From a virus: a stretch of 64,000 bases of DNA. The notes beneath the pieces were generated by a model. That model saw only the letters and a program-made list of their open reading frames with translations, made no database searches and was not told where the DNA came from. The stretch covers positions 1 to 64,000 of the IMG/VR virus record IMGVR_UViG_3300031857_000038; one strand, given 5' to 3'. Numbering within the stretch: position 1 is the stretch's first letter; each line of letters opens with the position of its first letter. Made by a program: the position numbers and the translations under genes. Positions 28,601-43,600 of the stretch are shown one piece after another.

Positions 28601-31600
28601 AGCTTTACTGGAACTACACTGTTTTCATACGGCATTAATCCATTAACAGTTGACGATCCTATCTTAGGATTCCCTGTAAGATTCACTGATGTGGGCAACA
28701 TTGGAGATATTAGCTTTGATGTTACTATCAATTCTGATACCTTTAATTATGTGCGCGGCATTGAATCAATAACACAGAAAGTAAACACTGGCTACGTACA
28801 CAATTACATTAGCAGAATTAATTTTACTAGAGAATTGGGCTGGGTAACAGCAGTAGAAAATAGCGTACAGTATCAAGAATTCAACTTCAGATATAATATT
28901 GCCAACCCAACAACTCAGTTTGTTTGTGATGTGGCTGCGTTGCCTGAATTACCAGTTGATGTTAAGGGTTGGCCTAGAGTAAAGGTGTACAACAATAACA
29001 CATATCTAGAACCAACCGACTACACAGTTGAGCTTTTTGATACCGTTACTAGAATTACGTTAAACACTGTTCCTGATGTAGACACTGTAATTCAAGTATT
29101 GCTCTTGAGCGACCAAGTCAGCCAGAGCGGATTCTATCAGATTCCTGACAACTTGAATAGCAACCCATTCAACGAAGACTTGACTGTAGCAGATTTGGGT
29201 GACATTCGCAATCACTATCAAGATATCTTTGTCAATGCACCAAATACTACTGGTGATATTTTTGGCTCAAACAACTATAGAGATTGCGGTGACTTAACTC
29301 CATACGGTACTAAGATTATTCAGAACAGTGCTTCAATGGTACTACCAGGCGTGTTCTTGCGTAAAACAAAATACGACCTATTAAACGCATTGATGTTTAA
29401 CGGCAATGAATATGTCAAGTTCAAGCAACTATTGGTTGATACTGTACAAAACGCTCAGTTCACTATTAGAAACACCCCAGCAGAAATCCTAGACGAAGCT
29501 ATTGAACTGATTGCAGCTAGTAAGAGTGAGATTAGCTCATTCTACTGGTCAGACATGTTGCCAAACAGATCACCTCTAGCAGTAAACACATATAACTTTA
29601 ATAGTAATACCGACGTAACTCGCTACCCGTTAAACAAAGTTTATAATTTTGAATCAGCTAACTATGATAGCGTATTGGTATACTTGAACAGAACCGTCAA
29701 TAACAATCTAGTACAAAGACAGCTTCTAAGAAATGTAGACTATACTATCAGTGCTGATAGTCCAACAGTCACCGTTACTTTAGATTTGGTACCCGGTGAT
29801 CAAATCATTGTTAAAGAATACAATCAGACATACGGTTCATATGTTCCTTATACCCCAAGTAAGTTGGGACTCTATGATCTGTACGAGCCTAGTGTTGTAT
29901 TGGATAGCAACTATTCTACACCTACATATTTCATTAAAGGACACGACGGCTCATATACAAAGCTATATGGCACTTACGTCCCTCAAACTAATACTCTGCT
30001 AGACTTCAGAGACCAAGCACTATTGGAATTTGAAAAGAGAGTTTACAACAACGTTAAGCTAAGCACAGAAGTTCCAATCAAGCTCTATGATGTATTGCCT
30101 GGCTTCTTCAGAGACAGTGACTATTCATATGATGAATGGTTGCAGATGTATTCAACTAATTTCTTGAATTGGGTTGGTCAGAACAGAATTGACTACAAGA
30201 CTCAGTTCTTCAACAGAAATAACGAGTTCACATATAACTACACCAATTCAAGCAACAAGCTAGATAATTCTCAGATCCTGCAGGGATATTGGAGAGGTGC
30301 ATATCAATATCTATATGACACTACTACTCCTAACTTAACACCATGGGAAATGTTAGGCTTTGCCAACAAGCCGACTTGGTGGGAAGAACGCTATGGCCCC
30401 GCCCCATACACAAGTGACAACTTAGTATTGTGGGGAGACCTCGAAGCCGGTAGAGTATATTCAGCAGATGGCACAAGTGTCATTGTTCCTGAGTTAGCCC
30501 GCCCAGGTCTTTTAGAGATTATTCCGGTCAATTCAAACGGCGAACTATTAAGTCCGTTGATTAGCATTGTAGGTAACTATAATCCAAATACTTTCCAGAA
30601 AGATTGGAAAGTAGGTGACGATGGCCCCGCAGAACTTAGCTATCGTCGTAGCTCAACGTATCCGTTTGACGTTATCAAGCTGTTTGCAATGACAAAGCCT
30701 GCTGAGTTCTACAACTTAGCAGTTGACCTAGACAACTACAAATACAATGCTGAATTTAATCAATATTTGGTAAACAACCGTGACCACTTGATTATTAGTG
30801 ATGTTCAAATTTACGGTGATGGTATTGCCAAGACCAGTTACATTAACTGGATCGTAGACTATGAAAAGCAGTTTGGTGTAGATGCTACACACGAAATTAA
30901 AGAGACTCTAAACAATCTAGACGTTAGATTGGCATATCGTCTTGCTGGTTATAGTGACAAGACATTGCTCAAGTTCTACGTTGAAAAGGGTTCACCAAAC
31001 ACTGCTAATGCATCGCTATTGATTCCAGATGAGAGCTATCAGGTTCTTCTTTACGATAACCAGCCATTCGACAAGGTAGTTTTCTCTAGCGTAATCATTC
31101 AGAAAACTGTTCAAGGTGGATTTACTGTTTTTGGCAATTCACAGTCCTTTGCTTACTTTAGAATTAAGGCACCTGTTAATAACGGTAGAAGTGAATTTGT
31201 TACTGTATTAGAAAAGACAGTAAAATTAGCTACGGACTATTCAGCTAAAGAAGTACTTGTCCCTTACGGAACAACATTCTATAGTATACAAGAAGTTGCA
31301 CAATTCCTAATGAGCTATAACGCATACCTAAAAGACAAGGGTATGAAGTTTAATGAAGTTGAGGCTGGTACTGAAGTCAATTGGGAATTGATGGTAAAGC
31401 AATTCATGTATTGGACTCAGATGGGTTGGGAAGACGGAAGCTTAATCACGCTAAATCCTGCTGCTACTGACCTTGTCTTTGACAAAGAAGGCAGCATTGT
31501 TCAGCCGCTAACTATTCAGCAGCAGAACTTCATTCTTAACCAAGACTTGTACCCCATTCAGATTAATACTCTTTGCGTGAATCGTGACGGCACACTGTTT

Positions 31601-34600
31601 AAACTCCATACATTGAACGAAGGCGATAGCATGGCTTTCGCACAATTTAATGTGAGTAACTTTGAGCATGGCATCGTGTTCAACAACACCACGCTATTCA
31701 ATGACGTTATCTATAATCTTGTCACTGGATTGAGACAGAATAGAATCACATTGCGCGGAACTAAGACTAGCGAGTGGAACGGTACCGTTGACGCTTGGGG
31801 CTTCATCATCAATCAGAACAATGTAAAAGAATGGTCAAAGGATATCAAGTATCCTAAGGGCTCAATTGTTCTGCATAAGAACAAGTATTACGCTGCCCTA
31901 AGATTGTCAGAACCAACAACTACATTTACCGACCTTGATTGGAAGTTAATCAATTATGAAGATGTACAGAAAGGTCTACTACCTAACTCAGCAACCCGCT
32001 CTTTCGAAAGCACTTTGTACTACAACTGCAATGAGGCTAATCTAGAACAGGACGCCGACCTACTATCATTCTCATTGATTGGTTATCGCCCAAGAGATTA
32101 TCTCGCATTAGCAGACTTGACAGACATTACCCAAATCAATGTCTACAAGAACATGATCAAGAACAAGGGTACTGTTAATGCTGTAACTGCATTTGACGGT
32201 GTTAACTTGCCTCAGGGCGGCATTGAATACGAAGTTTATGAAAACTGGGCAATCAAGTCAGGTGACTATGGTGGTTTGCTAAGTCAAAACTTTGTAGAGT
32301 TTAGAGTTGACCAAAATCTTTTGACCGGTAACCCAAGCATCGTGTCATTAACTAACGGTGTCTACACTGAAGGCGCACAGCAAGAAGTACCTATCTATAG
32401 TTTGTTTAACTACGGTGATACTATTACTGATCCAAATGTATTGGCAGTAACCACTGACCCATATAATAATCTGTACCCATCAGCCGGTTATGCTAACTTT
32501 AACGATGTGAAAATGTCGTCCTTCTACTATGGTGGATTGCCTAACGGTGTCAACAAAGAAGGCATAGTTGTTCCTATTCAGAATTTCTATGTAAGAGACT
32601 ATCTATGGTTAGCAAGCTTTAAAGAAAAGTGGGGAATCTTTTCTTGGAGCCCAATCGGTGAAGTAGTTGAAGTAGCAGCGAACCTAAATAATACTGCGAC
32701 AGTAACATTTAGTAAGCCACACAACTTGAAGAATCTAGATCCAATCGCTATCGTTAACTTTAGTGAAAACGTAGACGGTTACTATATCGTAACTCAGATT
32801 GTTAACTTGAATCAAGTAATAATCAACTTGAATGTTTCTGGTCTTGAATCAAGCGGTATCACTGGTTCAGGCATAGGTATGTTAATCTACAGTCAGCGAG
32901 TCGCACAGCCCGGTGATATTAATACTCTACCTCTTCTAGAAGCTGAGTTCACCAAGAACACTGTTTGGGTAGACGAAAATACTGACGGTGGTTGGGCAGT
33001 ATACAGAAAAGGTATCAACTACGCTAGACAGGGTGAGCTATCCACAACCACTTCAAGTACATTTGGTAATAGCGTTGCATTTACAGAAAGTGCCGGTTAC
33101 CTAGTTGCTGATTCAGCTACGGGTACAGTCTATAGATATTATTACAAAAATGCAAATTACGATCTAGCTGAAACTATTACTAACGATGATAGTTTTGGTG
33201 AGAAAATTGTACATAACAATAATACTTTTGTAATTTCTCAGCCAACTACTAATCCAGCGGTATATGTATACTCATGGAATGATACTGCCTTAGCAAACGA
33301 GTTGTTACTAGCTCAAACTATCGCCGCTCCAGGGGGAGTGACTGATTGGGGAAGTGAATTAGCTATCTCCGGCGATGGTAATTGGGTCTATATTTCAGAT
33401 ACGTTGAACACTCAAGTATATGTTTACAGAAAGAACAATCAAGAATTTTCTGCTGGTTACTTTGTCCCAACACAAACATATGTAATTACTGAGTTGGGTA
33501 CTACTGACTTTACTGCAATTGGTGCAATTGAAAACAGTGTTGGTATTACTTTTGAAGCGACAGGAATAGGAACTGGTACTGGTACAGCAATCAATACTAC
33601 ATACGAATTAGTAAACATAATTGAAAATCCTGACATTGTGACTGCCGGTTCATTTGTTATCGGAGAAGAATATAAAATCGTTTCATTAGGAAATACTGAT
33701 TTTACATTAGTTGGTGCAGCATCAAATAATGTAGGGGTAGTGTTTACTGCTACTGGTATTGGCGCTGGAACCGGAACTGCATCAGCACAAAGCAACAGCT
33801 TTGGCACTGCAATCTCTACCGATTTTGACAGTGATTGCTTGTTCATCGGTGCACCTAACAAAGATTATAGCGTGAGCGTAACTAATTGGGGAGAAGTTTA
33901 CTTCTACCAACGTTCTGTTCAAAACTTTGAATCAACTGCTGTTTCTACGTTAACGCAGCCGCAATTCTTTGCATTAGGCTGGACACCTGATACTGCAACT
34001 AAAGCAGTAACAGCTACCTCTGACAGCACTGACAGAATCACATTAGCGAACGTATCTGGAATCAGTGTAAATGATGCTATTACTTTTGAGGGCACTGGTC
34101 TAGCTGGAACAGATATTATTGCATATAAAACATATTATGTTGCTCAAGTATTTCCTATGTCCAATGCGATTACTATTAAGGAATCAAGATCAAAAGCAAA
34201 CACTGATATAGTTCAACTATCTACCGTTTCGAGCATTTCTAATGCAACGGCCCATGTTCAAAGTGAATTGTTGCTCGTAAATGTCAACGGACGTATGGTT
34301 CAGGATAATAATTATGCAGTTGTAGGTAGTTCACTAGTATATACTGGCTCACTAAATGCAGGAGACATTGTAGAAGTCAGTGGTAATGATTTTTATAATG
34401 TTCAAACGTTCAACGCTGCTTCTAATAGCGCAATCAACATTCAATTTGGATATGATTTGGACGTTACACGACAAGCCTCAGAACTATTGATTGGCAGCCC
34501 ATTTGAAATTGACTCTGAGAATAGAGAAGGTTTGGTATATAGATTTACTAATGGTGGTGCAAGATTTGGTATTGTAGCAGGTGAGAATCAATGCTTCCTA

Positions 34601-37600
34601 TCAACAACCCGCAGCATTTTAATCAACGGATATCAAGTCACATTGGCTGCTGGTACTGCCGCTGCCGTCGCCAACCAAATCGTAAATTCACGAGTACCTA
34701 ATATTACTGCATCTGCAACTACAGACAATAAACTTATCATTCAAGTAGTTGATCCAAACTTAGCAGAAATCAATAACCAGCTGATGGTCACTGCATTTGA
34801 TACTGCTACTTTAGATGAATTGGGTATCAGTGTGTATTCACCTACTCAAGTAATTCCCTGCCCTCACAAAGAAGGCCCAACTGAGTTCGGCAAGACAATT
34901 AAGTTCAATCAGTTTGACTCAGTTGTAATTGCTGCTCCTGCAGGTCCTAACTTTGTAGCCACTACGTTTGACTTCACTGATGACGAGAATCTAGACAACG
35001 ACACTGTGTTTGATAACAATGCAACTAGATTTGTTGAGAATTATCCTAACGCTGGCGCAGTCTACATGTTTGATCTATTGACAAACAATAACGGCAGCTT
35101 GTCGAATCCTGGTGCATTTGTATACGCACAGCCATCCAACAGTGCAAATCTAGATTTTGTCATCAATCCGTATTACGGTGAAGCTGTTGACTTCTACGAT
35201 AACGTTGTTATTGTGGGTGCTCCAAATCAAATAATCAATCCATCAAGCGTAGGCCAGGTAACGACTTTTGTTAATGCAACTGGTGTAAGAGACTGGTCAG
35301 AGTATCGTCAAAGCGCACCAATCGTAGATATTAACAAGATTCAAAATACACAGTTGTTTAGTGCTAGCACTAATAACACCCTAATAAATCTAGACTACAT
35401 GGATCCGTTGCAGGATAAGCTATTGGGTGCAATAAGAGAAAACATTGATTATGTTTCACCAGAAGACCCAGCCAAATACAACGTTGATCCGCTAAATGTT
35501 TCTGCTAATGTTTGGGGAAGTCTACAAGTAGGAAAAATCTGGTTCGATACATCAACTGTTAGATTCGTGAACTACCATCAGAATGATGTAGTGTACAATA
35601 GCGAGTACTGGGGAACTGTATTCCCTGGCTCAGATATCTCAGTATGCACTTGGGTAGCTAGCAATGTTCTTCCTGGTCAATATCAGGGACCTGGAACTCC
35701 AATTGATCCTACAAAGTATGCAGTCGGTAGTAGATTGAATGCGTCTAACATCGTTACTCCAGTTTATTATTTCTGGGTAAGAAATAGCGGCCTAATTGTT
35801 AAAGAGCGTGAGAAGACCCTATCAGATGCAGTACTTGCATCATACATTGCAAATCCACAGAGTTCTGGAATCGCATATATGGCACCATTATTGCCTAATA
35901 CTTTTGCGTTGTACAACTCAGCAGAATACATCAATGATATTGATAGCGTTTTCCATATCGGATTTGCTACTAACCAAGACACTGATGTTCCTCACAACGA
36001 ATTTAAATTGATTCGTCAGAATTTCCCTGATGACTTCTTACCAGGTCTGATGCCCGGTGAAGAGCCATTCTCTCTATATGCAAGAATGCTTGATAGTTTG
36101 TCAGGTACTACTATTAGTGGAGAGATTGTACCTAATCCTTTCTTGCCACTAGCTGTTCAGTCAGGCGTGCTATCAAGACCAAGACAAAGCTTCTTCTACA
36201 ACAGATTTGAAGCACTAAAGAACTACTTGACATATGCTAACGCAGTTCTTGCACAGTATCCTATTACTGAAATAAAGCCAGACATTTCGTTCGCTTTCGT
36301 TTCGGATGAATTTTACAATACCGCAGATTATTGGGAGTACATCAACTGGTGGGCACCGGGTTATAACAACAGCACTAGAGCTTTTGCACAGGTACCGTTG
36401 TACGCCGATCTAGCAGAGCTTACAGTAAACCCAGGCACTTTAATTAAAGTAGATAATAACGGCAGTGGTTCGTTTGAAATTTATCGCTATGACGGTGAAG
36501 GTGTCTGGACACGAGTTGGTCTAGAAAACGGAACAATCGCATTCAGCAGCGCATTGTGGGAGTATGCTAAGTTTGGCTTAGGATACGGAAACGATTTCTA
36601 TGATACTATACCATATGATGACTATCCAAGCGAAGCAACTAGAAATATCATTCGTCTCCTAAACGAGCAAATCTATACTCAGGAGTTGTTGATTCACAGA
36701 AACAAGAGTCTAATTCTACTCTTAGAATACATCCAAACGGAAACAATAGAGTCACAGAATTACTTACCTTGGCTTTCTAAAACATCATTGATGGATGTAT
36801 TCCACACTGTTCGTGAACTACGACCATTTGAAGTATTCAAGAGTGACAATGTTGAATTCTTAGAAGGTTATATCAACGAAGTCAAACCTTATCACGTAGT
36901 CTTAAAAGAGTTCTTGATTAAGTACGATGGTATGGAAGTCTATGATGGAAACATTACTGACTTTGATGTTCCTGCAACATACAATACTAATTTTGATCAG
37001 TATATAAGCCCGCAGCTTGTATTCACTGACCCTGATAATGAATATCAGTATGATGAAACCTCGCCTATATGGTCTACTGCCCCATATACTCAGTGGTATC
37101 AGAATTATGGTTTGTCATTGACTGGGCAAGAAAACTACCTTATAACTACACTAAAATCATATATGGATTTGGGTTCTAACGTAATGCTGGTAGATAATGC
37201 TAGCGGTTTCCCATCCAACGGTGTTATACAAATTGATCAAGAAATAATTTCTTATGCATTTGTTGACAGAAACTTAAATCTGTTGGGAGGCTTGTCAAGA
37301 GGTTTCAATAACTCACAAGTATCAGAACATATTCCTGACTCAGATATCTTCATTGATTTGCCTGCGGTGGTAGTGCTGGATGAAGGTTCCGGTTACACTC
37401 AAGTACCAAGAGTAACAGCATACGTTGATACTGCATTGTATCCTGCACCTAGAACAGAAGCAATATTACAAGCAGTAATGAGTGGCGGAAGAGTAAGTTC
37501 AGTTCAAGTTATTGATCCAGGCGAAGGCTACGTTGTTTTACCTGAAATTAGAATTGATTCTGCATACACAATTCCATTTTCGGACACTGACATTAACGCA

Positions 37601-40600
37601 AGCCTAAACACAATTAATATTAATGCTCCTTTCCTTAGAACAGGTGAGATAGTTAAATTCAATAGTGGTACCGATGGGGCAAAGCCAACTAATCTTGTAG
37701 ACGATTCTTGGTACTACGTCGGCGTTCTTGAATCACTGCCCTCAGTAATCATAGCTCTCTACACTAACTATAGTGATGCAGTAAAAGATCAAAATAGAAT
37801 TAATATTGCACCTGGTTTAGCTTCTAATGATATGACGCTTTCTCCTGGAGCTAGAGCCTCAACTATTACGAGTTCAGCTCCTACTAGAGAAAATAATATC
37901 ACATTGCGCTTTGATAGAACTACCTACAATTCTCAAGTTATTGATTGGGAATCAGGAACATTCTATGGCGCATTCTTTGCTGGCACATACTACAACAGTG
38001 ACAAGATATCAAGTTCGGCCATCACACTAGAAAATACTGAGCCAGATATCAACACTATCTTAGCAAGTGCCCAAGGCGTAGCACTACAAATTAGTGATGT
38101 TACCGATGAAGAGGAACTTGTTTGGTCTGCGTTTACTCGCTATGTCAGCGGAACCTCAAGTGTTGATAATTCTATTAGTCTGATTCCACAAGACGGAAAT
38201 AACCCTGACTTGTCAGAGTTAGAACCAAACGCTTCAGGAACAACAATCGGTTTCTACATCGGAATGCCTATTAAATTCGTTGGTACTATAGTAGGCGGCC
38301 TATCAGAAGGCGTAACATACTATGTTTCAGAAATTATTGACGAAATTAAGTTCTCTGTATCAGACACTATAAACGGTTCTACAAGAGTACTCAATAACGG
38401 AACAGTAAACGCACGATTGCTTGAGTGTTATACAGGAAACATCAACGAAACTGTTATTGTCTCAGTTGATTACCCAGGTATTATTGAAGCAACGCAAACT
38501 GAAGGCGTCATCAATGCTATTACAGCGCCGCTATCGCCGGTTGGAACAGGAGGAACAATTGGTTTCTACACGAATCTTCCTGTATTCTTTACTGGTAACG
38601 TGTTCGGCGGAATAATTGAAAACTTTAATTATTATGTAACCTCTGTAATTGATAATCAGACATTTACAATCAGCGAAACACCAAACCCAGTAACTGTCAC
38701 TGTCACACAAACTAAGGCTAGTGGAAACAGTCTAGTTGTTTCAACTATTAATGGAATCTCTAGAAATGATCCAATCATCATCACTTCTTTGACTGGTGGA
38801 TTGGCTACTAGCGGAATAGTTGCAGGTAGAACTTACTATGTAAGTCAGCTCATTAACCCAACCGAACTTACGATTTCTGAAGTAGTAAACGGTCCTGTAC
38901 TATCAGTTGCTAGTAGAGTTGGTACTGCGGTCTTGACTAACCAAAAGGACACTGTAAAGTTAACGAACGCTACTGGTTCAATGACAATGAATGTTTCTCT
39001 ACCGGTTAGCCCAGGACAAGTTGACGGACAGTTATTCACATTGTATAAAACTTCCGGACAGTTTACTGATATTACTCCTTCAGGTGCTAACTATTCAGAC
39101 CTAATTGAAAGACCAATCAGAGCTACAATTGGTACAGTAAACAAGATTGCTATCTCTGAGAACGATGGCGGAACATTCAACTTCTATGTGAACATGCCAA
39201 TTCAGGTACTCTCAAACGTAGGCGGACTAGTAACTGGTACTACGTATTTTGTAACTGAATACTCAGGAATGGTTGATCCATTAGATAGTGAACTTACGCT
39301 GCCTAATATTCAAGTTGAAGTTACTAACACATCAGATATCGGAAATGTGTTGACCTGCACAGTTGACCTTCTTAGAGGATTTGATGGCACTGACTCACTT
39401 TACGAAAAAATGCCTATTACATTCCAGGGAACTGGTTTAGGTGGCATCGTAATTGATCAAGAATACTATGTAAAAACGATAGTAAGTGCTACTCAATTTA
39501 CTGTTAGCGAAGTAGTAGATGGACCTGTCAAGGTACTAACTCTTGCTAACGGACTTATGGTCGGCACTGGCGACCCCTACATTACGGTATCAACGTCAAA
39601 GGGAGGCTCATCGGTTGCATTGACAGATGACAACAGTGCTACTTCTTCATTCACTCAGTTTATTACAGTAGACCCAGTATTTGACCTTTCATATCTGTTA
39701 GGCGGATATAACGCTATTATCTCTACTCCGGGTGAAGGGTTTGCAATTAGCAACACTATCTTAATTCCAGGAACAGCAGTTGACGGTACTTCACCAGCTA
39801 ATGACATACTATTGACAGTGAATACAATAGATGAGGATGGCGGTATTACTTCAGTAATTCGCTCAGGAACTCCACCAAGCGTTGCAAATCAGTACTACAT
39901 GCAAGTCCGTTCAGCAAACACACTTGCGGTATATAAGAACAGCCTATTAACAATTCCAGCAACTCCTGCTGAATTTGATTACGTAGGTTACACTACCGCG
40001 ACTGTAACAGAAACCCAAACATCAACCGATATTATTACCGTAAACAGCACAGCCGAGTTTGCAGTCAATGATGCGGTAGTATTCACTGGCGATGTTACTG
40101 GCGGCATGAACTTAGGTCAAACTTACTACATCCTAGACAACGGAAACTTCACCGCTACAACACTACAGATTAGCGATACTCCTGGCGGAAGTGTAATTCC
40201 TCTAAGCACTGCAACGTCACAGAATTATTCAATGGCTAAATTAGGAAGTGTCGCATTTCTTCCAGAACCATTCTTCTTCAATCAAAGTATTGTTAGATTC
40301 AATAACCGAGTATATGTCTGTGTAGTCTCTAACAACGATGACGAATTCATCTTTGGTAAGTGGGAACTGTTAGACAGCGGCGACCGTAGATTGAATGCGA
40401 TGGATAGAGTCATTGGTTACTATCAGCCAACGAGCAATATGCCCGGTGTTGACCTACAGCAGCTATTTGAGGGTACTACATATCCTAACCCAATCTATCA
40501 GGGTAATAACTTTGATCCAAACTTACAATATGGTGTTGATACTATATTGACTCCGCTTCCATTCTATCCTAGTGAAGTTGATATCAGCGGCATTATTTGG

Positions 40601-43600
40601 AACGGTGACAACTATTTGGCTAGTGCTAACTTGCCAGGATACAACGCTATCTTGACAAGCGAAGATGGTGAAACATGGACTATCAATCAACTAACAAACA
40701 ACAACATTAATACCACAAGCATTTCGCAGTTGAACGGGTTCTACTTCTTAACGTCAGCAAACCCAACTGTTCCGCTTCTTAGAAGTGTTAATGGGGTAGC
40801 ATGGTCTGCGGTATCATATTTTGTACCGTTTGGAACAACTGAACTAGAGTTACAAAATCTCGCAGCACTGAATATACCTTCACTATCACTAAATGATGTT
40901 GCATACTGCACGACCGGTGATGCATGGGTATCAGTAGGTAGAAACATTTTAAGAAGCGAAGATGGAATTGTTTGGAGAGAATTGACCGAATTCAATCCAT
41001 CGCTAGAATATAATCTTAATGCAGTATCATCTGTGACAGGAGCAAACTGTTTGGGGTTAGTAGCAGTAGGTAAGGGTAAACAACCTGATTACTCAACTGG
41101 CGTCACGCAATTGGTTGATGTTGGTCTAATCTTCTACAGTCAAAATAGTGTCAACTGGAATCAGATTCAACCTCTTACTAGCAATGGCTTGTACGGCGTA
41201 TCCAGTGACGGAACTACAGTAATTGCAGTGGGTGAGCGTCAAGTAATCTACTACACTCAAAACGGTTTTGATTGGCTTGGACTAAATGAAGTAGGATGTG
41301 TGTTTGTTGATAGCATCAACAATTACCTCAACGTCACTAACACTGCCGGATTCACTGATGGATCGCTAGGCACCCCGGTAAGATTCAATAACTCATTCTC
41401 TACTATAGTAGCAAACACTACTTACTATGTCAAGGAAATAATTTCACAAACTCAAGTAACACTATCGTCAACACTTGATGGTAGCGTACTCACGCTTTCA
41501 AGTGCTTCTATTCCTGACAATACAAGAATGTTTGTATACGATGCTAGTGATCCAATTCCAGCTACACTAAACGACATTTTGTATGCAAACAGTCTTTGGA
41601 TTACAGTTGGTAATGAGGGTACTATCAAGACCTCAACAGACGGCATCGTTTGGGAAACTCGCACTAGCAACACTACTAATAATTTAGATAACGTCACGTA
41701 TAATGAAGATCAAGGAGTGTTCGTTGTAGTAGGAGAAAACAACACAATCCTAACAAGTGCTGATGGCATCAGTTGGGAAGAGACCTCAGTGTTTGATCCT
41801 ATTGTACCGGTATATGATGTGAAGGGTGCAAACTTCCAATTCGGATATGCACCGGAAGAATTAGTAGCAGGTGTTGTAAGCGACAATCTCGCATTGATTG
41901 TAAACACTAGACCAGGATCTAACTGGCCTGTTGTTGAATATGGACACACTGGATTCAACGTCAACTCTATTGAAGTAGCACCTATCAATGCAACGCAGCT
42001 AGAGTACAGCTTTGCAAATCTAGCAAATGTTCCGGTAACACTTAGAGTACAGGTTATTAATGGTACTACTGAGTTGGGAACTACACTATCACCTGATGCT
42101 TATACTATTGATTGGATAAACAAGAAAATCATATTAGATCAGGCAATTAGTTTCTCTCCAAGACTTGATAAACTAAGAATTGATGTATACGAAGCAGGCA
42201 ATGGCGACCAGCTTGTGAAGGCAAGCACGGATACTTATCCTATCATTACTGATAGCGACTTTGGTTTTAGAGAAATCAATCTATCTTGCAACTACAGTGC
42301 TACTATCTTTGAGGGTGGTGGCGCTCTAAGACCCGGCACTGATAATGTGAACGTTAGAGTCTTTGAAACTGAATCTGTCACAAATCGTATTTTCTGCGAT
42401 GAGGTAGCAGACTTCATCATTAACAGTCCGATATCATTCCAAGGTGTTCCGTTCGGTGGCTTGCAAGAAGAAACTGTTTACTATGTCAAGACAATAAGCT
42501 TCGCAACCAATGCAATCACTGTGTCTACAGTTTTTGATTCATTGACCGGCATAGCTGGACCAACTACTGAGTTGACAGACGATACAGGCGAAATGTTTGC
42601 AAACATTCAGAATGGTGTAGCTGCTGTTTGGACAGATCCACTCGTAGAACACAATGGCGAGAAATTAGTGTTTGGTGGTATTGGTCTCGTTACTAGATCA
42701 AAATCTAGCAACAACGCACTGACCACTGGAACTACAAGCGGATTGATTGTTGGTACTCCTATCACCTTTGGTCAGGCTTCATTTGGCGTATTAGTACCCT
42801 TCCAAAGATACTATATTCAATCAATCATTGACGGTAACGAATTTACTATTTCTGAAACACAGGGCGGGCCAGTTCTAGCTCAGGATGATTTCGCAGGAAC
42901 TACTACATTCGTGACTAATGATTACTCAATTGGACTTAGAAATGGTAATAAGGCAAAGTTAGTATTTGCAAACAATACCTTTACTAACGATGTTGACTAT
43001 ATATCCTTCTCAATCTTTGGCGAAACACAGCCAGCGCAGTATGGTTATGCTGTTCCGGAAACTCAGTATTACGCAGGAAATGGTTCAACCAGTCTATTCC
43101 AGTTAGCTAACTTTGTAGGCTTAGATAACCCACAAAATGCGATTGTGGAAGTGAACGGTGTTAGACAGACTATATCACAGTATACGATTGACGCTATCGC
43201 CAACACAATATTGTTTGATAGTCCTCCTCCCGCAAACTCAGTGGTTGCGGTAACTACGTACAACGATACATTAAGACAATACCTAACCAGTCAGTATGAC
43301 ATTACTGGTAACCCAGGTTCTTCGTTGCTTAACCTAACAGTTATAGAAACAGTAAACGAGCTAGGAACATATGACCAAGACGCTCCGGTAGTTCAAACAT
43401 ATGACCAAGATACTCCTGTTATTGTTCTCTATGATGAATTCTTGAACTATCTAACTTTGGGACCAGGCGATGACACCAGTGTATTGAATGTTAACGATTC
43501 ATTGCAGTTCAGCGCACCAACATTAGGCGGAATTGTTGCAGGACAAACCTATTATGTTCTTCAAATTCTTAACTCTACCGACTTCGTAATTTCTGAAGAA

